Below are positions 1-8,964 of a stretch of 32,000 nt of DNA, in pieces; positions within the stretch are counted from its first letter, which is position 1; each line of letters starts with the position of its first letter. Where the stretch lies: positions 5,634 through 37,633 of the forward strand of contig CAZECW010000018.1 in assembly GCA_964510585.1 (NCBI GenBank), written 5' to 3'. Both the position numbers and the translations under genes were made by a program. A model generated the notes under the pieces. The model was not told where the DNA came from. It did not search any database and was given only the letters and a program-made list of their open reading frames with translations. This DNA comes from an uncultured archaeon. Its GTDB lineage: Archaea > Asgardarchaeota > Jordiarchaeia > Jordiarchaeales > Jordiarchaeaceae.

Positions 1-432
1 CTAAAATCTAAGTTAACCATAGTTGAAAGATTAATCAACAAGTTACAGAATCCGGGGCGGAACGCTGGCAAAAAAATAAAAGCACTGAACATAGTTAGAC
101 TCGCCTTCGAAATCATACATCTAAAAACTGGACAGAATCCCGTGCAAGTCCTCGTCAGGGCGGTAGAAAATTCAGCACCCAGAGAGGAAACGACCCGAAT
201 TAGTTACGGTGGAATAGTTTACCACCAGGCAGTAGATGTAGCCCCTATGAGGCGCGTAGACTTGGCGTTAAGATTCCTAACCGAAGGAGCGAGAAAAGCA
301 AGCTTCGGCAACCAGAAGACCATAGAGGAATGCCTAGCAGACGAACTGATAAATGCAGCAGCCAACGACACAAAAAGCAGTGCAGTAATGAAGAAAGAGG
401 AAAAGGAAAGAATAGCAGTTTCAGTGAGATAA
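1..432 (+). CDS. rps7: 30S ribosomal protein S7 (uS7), 5'-truncated by window edge
   Basis: Frame open from base 1: [15 protein letters not shown]...[37 protein letters not shown]...LADELINAA, typical of archaeal uS7. Confidence 0.97.
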   Translation, partial: LKSKLTIVERLINKLQNPGRNAGKKIKALNIVRLAFEIIHLKTGQNPVQVLVRAVENSAPREETTRISYGGIVYHQAVDVAPMRRVDLALRFLTEGARKASFGNQKTIEECLADELINAAANDTKSSAVMKKEEKERIAVSVR

Positions 433-786
433 ACAAAACTCAGATATTTCAATTTATGATAATCTAAAAAGACCACCTTCAAAAACCAATGAAAAAGGGA
501 AAACCCCAATAATCAAAAGATAACTTATTTTTGAATCCAACTTTCGGAACCTACAATTTTGAATAATTTTGCTCCTACGCAGCTGTGTGGTTGCAATTTT
601 ACTGACCTAACACATCTATACAAGAGAGAGAACCTGATTGACGGATGGCTTAAACTGCAATAAGAGACGTTCAAATCCGCGTAATGGAGTTTAAACTGTG
701 CCAAACCTAACATAAAGGGTATCCGATTCTCATTCTAAAAGTATAAAAATTTCCCCGCAATGAGGGTGGAACGGTTCGGGTAGTTT

Positions 787-1227
787 TCAGCCAATGATTA
801 CATCATCAATCTGGAAATGCCTACGCGCCAGCAGACGTGCACGGGCAACATTCTTTCCCGCTTTTCCAATGGCAATGCCCTTATCTTTGGGATCCACGTT
901 CACAACCGCTACCTTTTTTCCGTTTCTTTTCTCAGTTATGTGGATAGATTTTATTCTTGCTGGGGCGAGAGTATTTTTTATGAAGTCCTCAGGGGTATCT
1001 GCGTATTCAACTACGTCTATGGGTTTCTTAATGAAATCCCTGACTCTCTTTATGTTCGTTCCCCGTTTTCCTATAGCCATTCCGATATCTCCCGGTTTTA
1101 TTACAAACACTATTCTTCCTTCTTCCTCATCCACAATGCAGTCTTTTACTACCGCACCTGTTATGCTCTCAAAGAGAGCTATATACCGGAGTTCTGTTGA
1201 GGTGAGTTTTACACTATAGCTTGCTAT
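787..1227 (-). CDS. nusA: Archaeal transcription factor NusA (KH domains); probable ATA start at 1227
   Basis: ORF 787..1134 (GxxIGKxG KH motifs) extends upstream without a stop through the conserved N-terminus VKLTSTELRYIALFESITGAVVKDC. There is no ATG/GTG/TTG in that stretch; ATA at 1227 lies 8 nt after GGAGG. Confidence 0.92.
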   Translation of the reverse strand: MASYSVKLTSTELRYIALFESITGAVVKDCIVDEEEGRIVFVIKPGDIGMAIGKRGTNIKRVRDFIKKPIDVVEYADTPEDFIKNTLAPARIKSIHITEKRNGKKVAVVNVDPKDKGIAIGKAGKNVARARLLARRHFQIDDVIIG

Positions 1228-1230
1228 TTT

Positions 1231-1530
1231 TTATCCCTCCTTTAATTTTAGTATGTTTGAGTCACCAGGTTGCTCTACTGATAGGCATGCCACCATATGC
1301 GGTCTTCCGCATACGGAGCCTAGATCCCAGCTTGTGCCTGCATAGTTGTAGATGGGTATGTTGGAGAGTTTGCTATAGTAGAGTATTTCTTCTCGAGTTT
1401 CTTTAGGGCAGTTGGATGCTATGATTACAAGCTGGGTTTTACCCAGCTTTATTTGTCTTATTGTTTTTTTTGTGCCGAGGGTTACCTTTCCGGTTTTAAT
1501 TGCGAGGTTTATTGCTTTATCGATGTCCAT
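1231..1530 (-). CDS. rpl30e: 50S ribosomal protein L30e
   Basis: AIKTGKVTLGTKKT...LVIIASNCP...GTSWDLGSVCGRPH; usual position between rpoA2 and nusA. ATG at 1530, alternative GTG at 1536. Confidence 0.96.
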   Translation of the reverse strand: MDIDKAINLAIKTGKVTLGTKKTIRQIKLGKTQLVIIASNCPKETREEILYYSKLSNIPIYNYAGTSWDLGSVCGRPHMVACLSVEQPGDSNILKLKEG

Positions 1531-1532
1531 TT

Positions 1533-2726
1533 TCACTTCTCCTTAGCTTCTTCCCGCCTGGGATATTGACCCATTAGTAGGTCTATTGCGCCAGTGCCTA
1601 CAGGTATTAGTTGGCCTACTATAACGTTTTCGGTTATACCGCTTAAACTGTCTTCTTCTCCTTTTACACTTGCTTCAATTAAATGTTTTACGGTTACCTC
1701 AAAGGCCGCCCTTGCAAGTACGCTTTCCTTTTCTCCGCTTATTCCGTGGCGTCCTATCTGCCTTATGTCTCCTGAAACTGTCATTAGGTCTGCTACTAAC
1801 ATTATGTGGCGTATATCTACGTCTAGCCCTTGCTCATCTAGAACCTTGCTTGCTTCTTCTATTATAGCGTTTCTGGCGGCTTCTACTCCTAATGTTTGCG
1901 CTACTTCATGTATATGATTTGAACTGGTTCTCGAAATGTCAACTCCAGGAATGCGTAAAACTTCAGGTAGATTTGTTCCCTCAGAGTACAAAACATACTC
2001 ATTTGAGTCCCTCTCCTTTTTGATAACGACCCTATCGATTCCTGCCACTCCCTTTAGGGTTAGACTTCTTGTTTTTTCCAAAAGTTTTTGTAGGTCAGTT
2101 AAGGTTTCAGATTCAGGCGTTAGATAGATGGTGTTTTCTTCAAAGCTTACTTCGCCTTTCTTGAGACCTTTTACCTTTTCCAGCACCATTTCTACTGTGA
2201 TGCCCTTATCTTCCAGCATTTCCGGATCCAAATTGATGACAATTTGATGTGTGGCGAGGTCTATTTCGACATTGTGGGCAACATTTTCTATTCTGGTGGT
2301 TTCAATCAGTCTTGCTACTTCTTTGGCTTTTGCAAGATCGTATCGGTGTTCCTCGTCTAAATGTATAGTCATCATAGGAGTTGCGGGGTTGCGCCGGGCA
2401 TCAACAATTTCAATTAAACGTGGTAAACCTAACGTTACGTTAAGTTCAGCTACTCCCGCATAGTGAAATGTTTTCAGAGTCATCTGTGTACCTGGTTCTC
2501 CTAGACTCTGAGCAGCAACTGTGCCAACGGCTTCTTCAGGCTCTATTAAAACTTTTGAATATGCCTTCTTAACCTCTTCTATTATTTTTTTAACTTTTTT
2601 GGGGGTTAGATTATCTTCACCAATTTTAGCTTTCAAGGTCTTTTCAAGCTCATCAATCAATGAATGGGGAAGAAATTCCTCCTTCCTTAGTTCATCTATT
2701 TGCTTCGAGATTTCTTCGGCTAACAT
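1533..2726 (-). CDS. rpoA2: DNA-directed RNA polymerase subunit A'' (Rpo1C)
   Basis: EAVGTVAAQSLGEPGTQMTLKTFHYAGV and LARAAFE motifs; 397 aa. Confidence 0.98.
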   Translation of the reverse strand: MLAEEISKQIDELRKEEFLPHSLIDELEKTLKAKIGEDNLTPKKVKKIIEEVKKAYSKVLIEPEEAVGTVAAQSLGEPGTQMTLKTFHYAGVAELNVTLGLPRLIEIVDARRNPATPMMTIHLDEEHRYDLAKAKEVARLIETTRIENVAHNVEIDLATHQIVINLDPEMLEDKGITVEMVLEKVKGLKKGEVSFEENTIYLTPESETLTDLQKLLEKTRSLTLKGVAGIDRVVIKKERDSNEYVLYSEGTNLPEVLRIPGVDISRTSSNHIHEVAQTLGVEAARNAIIEEASKVLDEQGLDVDIRHIMLVADLMTVSGDIRQIGRHGISGEKESVLARAAFEVTVKHLIEASVKGEEDSLSGITENVIVGQLIPVGTGAIDLLMGQYPRREEAKEK

Positions 2727-2853
2727 TTTAAACCACTTACTGGTATTCCAATATTAAGAGATAAGCGTAATTTTAGATTCATATTCCATTCAACATAATT
2801 ACACGTAATCTTCCACTGTTTTCAATCGGCATAAATATTTTTCTTTGTATTGT

Positions 2854-5502
2854 TTATTCTTCCTCGCTTAGTACTTTTTCAATTATTACATCAATATTCA
2901 CGGATTTGCCGTGATCACTCTTAGAGGGGTCTACACCGTCCTCCCCATACTGGAATTGAATTATGCTCCCTGCCGCATTCCTTACCGTCCTATCATACTC
3001 TACCTTAATGTCCTGAAGCGCATTTATCAGTCTTCTTTGCATGTATCCACTAGTGCTGGTTCTTACAGCCGTGTCTACAAGTCCTTCTCGGCCGCCCATA
3101 GCGTGGAAGAAGAATTCAATGGGAGTTAATCCTTTTTGATAACTTGAACTAACAAAACCTCTTGCTTTCGCACTCAAGTCACCTTCTTCAAAGTGGGGCA
3201 GTGTTCTATTCCTGTATCCTCTCTGCACCCTGCTTCCTCTCACTGATTGTTGCCCAACGCAAGCAGCCATCTGTGCAAGATTAAGTAATGTTCCTCTTGC
3301 ACCCGTTTTTGCCATTATTACTGCATGGTTTTGCATACCAAGGTATTCGCCTGCTACATCACCAGCCTTGTCTCGAGCATTGGAAAGCTCTTGCATAATC
3401 AGCATTTCCAAGGTCTCCTCCAGAGTTCTGCCCGGAAGACTTTCAAGTTCTCCCCTTCTATAAGTTTCAATCAGTTCATTGACTTTAGCATTAGATTCTT
3501 CCAAAATTTCATTTATACGGGAAAGCGCCTCCTTCGTTATCTCTACATCGTCTATTCCCATCGTAAAGCCCTTAGCGGTTATTAGAAGAGTCAACATGCG
3601 TGTAACAGAATCAAGAAAGTCCCTCGCCTGATCCGACCCATAGTCCTTGACGATTCTGTGGAACAGGCTACCCGGCACCCCCGCCCCAAATGCGGCCTTA
3701 TCAATAATGCCAGAAACAAGATTTCCGTTACGAACCACCACAAAATAGTCATACGGGCAATTTTCTTTTAAGCAAGTATCGCATCTTTTACAGATTTTTG
3801 ATTTGAAAGAAAGATTCAGGTCTTTAGGTAGAAGGACACTAAAAATCTGTTTCCCAGTCCAAAGTTCCACTGGACTTTTAATGGCAGGAGGCGGAAGTTC
3901 GGTGCGACCCGCCGCCAAGAGCAGGTCACAAGCATCCTTCCTATTGAAAAACGTGTCCTTCTTTGTGAGCAAATAAGCTGCGGAAATGAAATCCTGAATG
4001 CCACCTATAATTGGGCCTCCGTAGCGTGGACTGAGGATATTTTCCTGAACCCTCATTAAGACATAAGCCTCCGCCCGCGCCTCCTCTCCCTGGGGGACAT
4101 GAAGATTCATTTCATCCCCATCAAAGTCTGCGTTATAGGGAGGACAAACACACAGATTCAACCTAAATGTTTTGAAAGGCATCACACGCACTTGATGAGC
4201 CATTATTGACATCCTATGCAGTGAAGGTTGCCTATTGAATAAAACAATATCTCCATCCCGAAGATGACGCTCTACAATAAACCCCACCTCTACCGTATCA
4301 GCGATGGCCTTTCGATCCTTCACAAAACGAAGATCAATCCTCCTCCCATCACTACGAATAACATAGTTAGCACCCGGAGTATTATCCGGCCCCCTAATAA
4401 TCAGCTCCTTCATATCATCAATATTCCACTCAGTTATCCTCTCAGGTATCGTCAGAATTTTTGCAATTTCAACCGGTACACCAACCTCATTTATTCCAAG
4501 ATTAGGATCGGGAGATATAACAGTCCGCGCAGAAAAATCAACTCTCTTCCCAGAAAGATTGCTCCTAAATCGACCCTCTTTCCCCTTAAGCCTCTGCGCA
4601 AGAGTACGCAGAGCCCTACCAGACCTGTGTCTCGCGGGAGGTATCCCAGACATCTCATTATCAAAATAGGTGGTAACATGATACTGAAGTAACTCCCACA
4701 AATCCTCTACTATAAGTTGTGGCGCCCCCGCCTCAATATTCTCCCTCAAACGCTGATTAATACGAATAACATCAACAAGCTTATGTGTAAGATCATCCTC
4801 AGAACGAACACCCGAATCCAAAGTAATACTCGGACGAACAGCTACCGGAGGCACAGGTAATACAGTGAGAACCATCCACTCCGGCCTAGCATATTTAGGA
4901 TTTATACCCATTAAACGACAATCACTATCAATAATCCTTTCACACCTATCCCTAACATCGCTCGGAGTTAAACGTATAGAACCTATATCAGTCTCCTCAT
5001 AAAAAGTAGTAGGCTTCTCTAAACGAATCTTAAGCTGTTTTTCCCCACAATGAGGACAAGTACTAATTCGAGAAGCCCTCTTAATAACCTCAGCCGCAAT
5101 AGCATCACTCAGAGTCCCCATCTCCCTCTCATACGCATCCATCTGCTCCGTAAAGACTTTAATTTCATCCTCAGGCAAAAGAAGACGCGAACAAGAGCGA
5201 CAAGTAGCCCTCAAAATCTTTTGAAGAAGCTTAGCAAACGCCTCATGAATAACAGGCCTCGCCAACTCAATATGACCGAAGTGGCCCTGACACTCGCCCA
5301 CCCTTGATCCGCAAGTACGACAGCGCCTGCCTGGTTCTATTGTTCCTAGTCTGCTGTCCATCAGTCCTGAGTCTATTGGAGCTCCGTCCTCATCGTAGGT
5401 GTCGGGTGTGATTATTCTGGTGACGGACATTCTTCGAATCTCGTCGGGTGAAAGTAGCCCGAATTTTATCGAGTCAACGACTTTGGGCAGTCTGAATGCC
5501 AC
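2854..5502 (-). CDS. rpoA1: DNA-directed RNA polymerase subunit A' (Rpo1N)
   Basis: Catalytic NADFDGD motif, N-terminal zinc-binding CxxC motifs, GGREGLVDTAVRT; 882 aa, GTG start. Confidence 0.99.
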   Translation of the reverse strand: MAFRLPKVVDSIKFGLLSPDEIRRMSVTRIITPDTYDEDGAPIDSGLMDSRLGTIEPGRRCRTCGSRVGECQGHFGHIELARPVIHEAFAKLLQKILRATCRSCSRLLLPEDEIKVFTEQMDAYEREMGTLSDAIAAEVIKRASRISTCPHCGEKQLKIRLEKPTTFYEETDIGSIRLTPSDVRDRCERIIDSDCRLMGINPKYARPEWMVLTVLPVPPVAVRPSITLDSGVRSEDDLTHKLVDVIRINQRLRENIEAGAPQLIVEDLWELLQYHVTTYFDNEMSGIPPARHRSGRALRTLAQRLKGKEGRFRSNLSGKRVDFSARTVISPDPNLGINEVGVPVEIAKILTIPERITEWNIDDMKELIIRGPDNTPGANYVIRSDGRRIDLRFVKDRKAIADTVEVGFIVERHLRDGDIVLFNRQPSLHRMSIMAHQVRVMPFKTFRLNLCVCPPYNADFDGDEMNLHVPQGEEARAEAYVLMRVQENILSPRYGGPIIGGIQDFISAAYLLTKKDTFFNRKDACDLLLAAGRTELPPPAIKSPVELWTGKQIFSVLLPKDLNLSFKSKICKRCDTCLKENCPYDYFVVVRNGNLVSGIIDKAAFGAGVPGSLFHRIVKDYGSDQARDFLDSVTRMLTLLITAKGFTMGIDDVEITKEALSRINEILEESNAKVNELIETYRRGELESLPGRTLEETLEMLIMQELSNARDKAGDVAGEYLGMQNHAVIMAKTGARGTLLNLAQMAACVGQQSVRGSRVQRGYRNRTLPHFEEGDLSAKARGFVSSSYQKGLTPIEFFFHAMGGREGLVDTAVRTSTSGYMQRRLINALQDIKVEYDRTVRNAAGSIIQFQYGEDGVDPSKSDHGKSVNIDVIIEKVLSEEE

Positions 5503-5590
5503 CTAATCAACTCCATGTTAATGTTAAAATTATCTTACGGGATACAAAAGTAGTAAATTTTTTGCACAACAAAAATGAACCCCGCACAAC

Positions 5591-5603
5591 TTATAAACTT
5601 TTC
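5591..5603 (-). promoter_or_regulatory. Putative BRE/TATA promoter for rpoA1
   Basis: Minus strand reads GAAAAG-TTTATAA about 90 nt upstream of the rpoA1 start. A second TTTATATG lies near 5636-5643. Confidence 0.5.
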
Positions 5604-5748
5604 TTCAAGAGAAAAGTTACCCGAGGCATATAAACTTAATGTGTTTGCGTTGCGAATTCGAAGGACGCAAACCAGTTGTTATGGCGTGGTAGTTTTGTGA
5701 AATAATGAGTCTGGAGCTTTAATTTTTCTTTTCAATTTATTAAGCTGT

Positions 5749-7569
5749 TTATAGGACGGTGACGCTTTTGGCTAGGTTTCTGGGTTTGTCTGGGTCGAAT
5801 CCTCTTTTAGTGGCAATGTAATATGCGAGTAGTTGTAATGGTACGACGTATGTGATTGGTGAGAATGGTGTGGGGGTTGGGGGTATGCTAATTATTCTAT
5901 CAGAGAGTTCTTTGATGTCGTGGTCGTTTTGCTCTGCTATGCTTATGATTTTTGCTCCTCGTGCCTTCATCTCCATGATGTTTCCAATTATTTTTTCGTG
6001 TGTTTCGTCAGGTGGTGTGATGAAAACTACTGGGAAGCCGGGCTCGACTAGGGCTATTGGTCCATGCTTGGATTCTCCTGCGGGGTAAGCTTCGGAGTGA
6101 ATGTATGCTATTTCTTTTAGTTTTAACGATCCTTCCATTGCTGTGGTGGTGCTAATGCCTCTCCCTAGAAATAAGAAGTTTGGCTTGTAGGCGTACTCGT
6201 AAGCGATGTCTCTTACCAGGCTTTCTTCCTTTTTGAGGATTTTTTCTACAATTTTGGGGGTTTGCATTAGCCCTTCTCGGAGTTGGTTTATCTCTCCGCT
6301 TCCGAGAACTCCTCTAATTTCGGCAATCTTTAAGGATATTAGGGCTAAGCTTGCAAGTTGTACAATGAAGGTTTTTGTTGCTGCTACTCCTATTTCGGGT
6401 CCAGCTTGTGTGTATAGAGTGAGGTCTGATAACCTGGAGATGGTGCTTCCCATGACATTGGTGACTGAAATTATTTTTGCTCCGTTGTTCTTGGCGAATC
6501 TTACGGCGTTTAGAGTGTCCGCAGTTTCTCCCGATTGGCTTATTGCAAGGATCGTGGTGTCTTGATCAATAAGGTTGGCTGTGGATTCCTGAAATTCTGA
6601 GGATATTATTGCTTGGCTCTGTAAAGCAGATAATTTGGATAGCATGTATTTTCCAGCTAACCCTGCGTGGTTCGATGTGCCGGCAGCTGTGATGTACAAT
6701 TTCCTCGAGTCATTTAGAGTTCTGGCTACTTGATCTACTATTTCTGGTCTTATCAGAAGTGTGCCGGTAAGTGCATGGGGTTGTTCATGTATCTCCTTAA
6801 GCATAAAGTGGGGGTATCCACCCTTTTGGGCCATTTCGGGTGACCAAGAAATCTCCTGTATTTCTGGTTCAACTACTACCTCGCCGTTGATGGTTTCTAC
6901 GTGTATTTTGTCGATATTTATGGCTGCTATTTCTCCGTCATCTAGTAATGCTATTTTTTTCGTGAATGGGAGAAGTGCAGTAATATCAGAGGCACAATAG
7001 TTAGCGTTTTTGCCAATTCCAATTACCAAGGGGCTCTCGTTCCTGGCGCAAACTAGCACATTTGGCTCCTCTACGTAAATTACAGCTATTGCGAATGTTC
7101 CCCTTATTTTCTGCAACGCCTTCCTAGTAGCCGTGTAGAGGTCACACCTAGTTTTCGATATGATTTCTTCTATTAGGTGTGGAATTACTTCGGTGTCTGT
7201 TTCTGACTCAAATTTGTGGCTTCTCTCCAGATCCTTGCGTAGCTCTAGAAAGTTTTCAATAATACCATTGTGAACTACTGCTATTTTTTTGGTGCAGTCA
7301 AGGTGAGGATGAGCGTTAATCTTTGATGGAAGACCATGTGTAGCCCATCTTGTGTGTCCTATCCCTATTTTACCAAGAAGACTGTCTAAGTCAAGCTTTT
7401 GGTGAATCTCATCTATTTTTCCCTTATCTTTTTTTATACAGATTGAGTTTTGATGAATCGTTGCTATACCTGCTGAATCGTAGCCTCGATACTCAAGCCT
7501 TTTAAGCGCTTCATGTATGAGTGGTGAAACAGGATTATTTTTTTCAATGATACCTACAATTCCACACAC
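5749..7569 (-). CDS. glmS: Glutamine--fructose-6-phosphate aminotransferase (isomerizing)
   Basis: N-terminal MCGIVG, LEYRGYDSAG, GHTRWATHG, SQSGETADT, C-terminal DKPRNLAKSVTV; 606 aa. Confidence 0.98.
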   Translation of the reverse strand: MCGIVGIIEKNNPVSPLIHEALKRLEYRGYDSAGIATIHQNSICIKKDKGKIDEIHQKLDLDSLLGKIGIGHTRWATHGLPSKINAHPHLDCTKKIAVVHNGIIENFLELRKDLERSHKFESETDTEVIPHLIEEIISKTRCDLYTATRKALQKIRGTFAIAVIYVEEPNVLVCARNESPLVIGIGKNANYCASDITALLPFTKKIALLDDGEIAAINIDKIHVETINGEVVVEPEIQEISWSPEMAQKGGYPHFMLKEIHEQPHALTGTLLIRPEIVDQVARTLNDSRKLYITAAGTSNHAGLAGKYMLSKLSALQSQAIISSEFQESTANLIDQDTTILAISQSGETADTLNAVRFAKNNGAKIISVTNVMGSTISRLSDLTLYTQAGPEIGVAATKTFIVQLASLALISLKIAEIRGVLGSGEINQLREGLMQTPKIVEKILKKEESLVRDIAYEYAYKPNFLFLGRGISTTTAMEGSLKLKEIAYIHSEAYPAGESKHGPIALVEPGFPVVFITPPDETHEKIIGNIMEMKARGAKIISIAEQNDHDIKELSDRIISIPPTPTPFSPITYVVPLQLLAYYIATKRGFDPDKPRNLAKSVTVL

Positions 7570-7602
7570 CTTTTTCCCTCACAGTGTCCTATAAGGCCTT
7601 TT

Positions 7603-8964
7603 CTAAAAATTTTCTGCGCCTACTTGGAATATTTGGTAAGCTCTGTAGGGTTCTCGGTCGGTTATCTCTCCACACAGGTTGGTGGTCATTTGTTCATATA
7701 TTTCCTTCATATTTTTTGTGTGTCCTAATACGTAGATTAGTTTTACATAGGCGGTTTCGGGCAACATGTTTTTGCAAGGAATAACTCCAATTTTAAGTAG
7801 GTCTCTTCCCCGTTCATACACGTTCATACCTACGAATCCAAAGAGGCACTGGGAAGTCATGGCTACAGGAATATCTTCCTCCACTGCCCTTTTTAAAGGT
7901 TCTATAATTGTTTTGGGACAGTGCCCCAAACCGGTTCCTGCTAAAACAATCCCATGATATTTTAAGTCTATGAGTTTATGAATAATATCTCCATCCATTC
8001 CGGGATAAGTGTATATCAGCGCCACTCTGGGGTCAAGTTGGGTGTCTAATTTAACTTCGCCTTTCTTAACTCTTTTCCTGTAATCATTTCTAATTATTTT
8101 TATTTCATTATCCTTCACCAAACCTATGGGAATATCTGCAATTGTACGAAAAGCATCCCGTCTGCTGGTGTGCATCTTTCTAACTCTGGTGCCTCTATGA
8201 ATCAAGTTATAGTCGTCGCTGCTACTTCCATGCATACATACAACTACCTCAGCTATATCGCTAAACGCAGCCACTCTGGCCGCAGAGATTAAATTTATCG
8301 CCGCATCACTTGAGGGCCGGTCACTGCTCCTCTGGCTGCCAACTAGAACTACTGGAACTGGCAAATCATTTAACATAAATGACAGGGCTGAAGAGGTGAA
8401 ATGCATAGTATCAGTACCGTGGGGAATGATGACTCCGTCCGCACCTGAGTTTATCTCTTCAGCAACAGTTTCCGCGATTTTTATCCAGTTGTTCGGTGTC
8501 ATATCTTCTGAAAATATTTCGAATAAGAGTTTTGTTTTCAGATTGCAGATTTCTGCAAGTTCGGGAACCGCACTAAAAAGCTCTTGTGGAGTAAAAGCGG
8601 GAATAACAGCTCCGGTTCTGTAATCGAGTCTGCTCGCCACAGTTCCGCCAGTGCCAATCAGAGAGACTTTGGGTTTCTTGGGATCAAACTCAACTTGTAT
8701 TTCGGGAATGGCGTAAAGTCCTGGCTTGTAGCCTAATTCTTTAATTTTTGTGTCTTCTGTGACTCTCACACCTATATTGTATCCAGTATCTAGTTTGAGG
8801 ACTAGGTGCTTATCATCACCCATATCACTTCTTGGGAGTAGTATCCCTCGGTATGTTGCTTCGGGGGTAATTACTTCGATTTCGCTCCAAATTCTAACTT
8901 TAGCGGTCTCAAGTTTTTTCCTAACAAATCCCCAGTATCCTTGCAGCTCCTCCTTTACCGTCAT
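7603..8964 (-). CDS. gatD: Glu-tRNA(Gln) amidotransferase subunit D
   Basis: KLDTGYNIG N-domain plus asparaginase-like TGGTVASRLDY, HGTDT and SQRSSDRPSSD motifs. Start overlaps the gatE stop (ATGA). Confidence 0.97.
   Translation of the reverse strand: MTVKEELQGYWGFVRKKLETAKVRIWSEIEVITPEATYRGILLPRSDMGDDKHLVLKLDTGYNIGVRVTEDTKIKELGYKPGLYAIPEIQVEFDPKKPKVSLIGTGGTVASRLDYRTGAVIPAFTPQELFSAVPELAEICNLKTKLLFEIFSEDMTPNNWIKIAETVAEEINSGADGVIIPHGTDTMHFTSSALSFMLNDLPVPVVLVGSQRSSDRPSSDAAINLISAARVAAFSDIAEVVVCMHGSSSDDYNLIHRGTRVRKMHTSRRDAFRTIADIPIGLVKDNEIKIIRNDYRKRVKKGEVKLDTQLDPRVALIYTYPGMDGDIIHKLIDLKYHGIVLAGTGLGHCPKTIIEPLKRAVEEDIPVAMTSQCLFGFVGMNVYERGRDLLKIGVIPCKNMLPETAYVKLIYVLGHTKNMKEIYEQMTTNLCGEITDREPYRAYQIFQVGAENF

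Noticed and set aside
525-713. 62-aa ORF or rps12 remnant downstream of nusA
   Set aside because: No similarity to uS12, no SD, and no coding-like composition.
750-789. Selenocysteine read-through of the nusA TGA with a downstream SECIS
   Set aside because: NusA is already complete at this TGA, the read-through peptide is unremarkable, and no convincing SECIS fold is visible.
1205-1235. Intron at the nusA start that would create an ATG
   Set aside because: A small hairpin (AUAG-CAAG-CUAU) exists, but there is no matching 4-bp helix with bulges and no excision yields an in-frame ATG.
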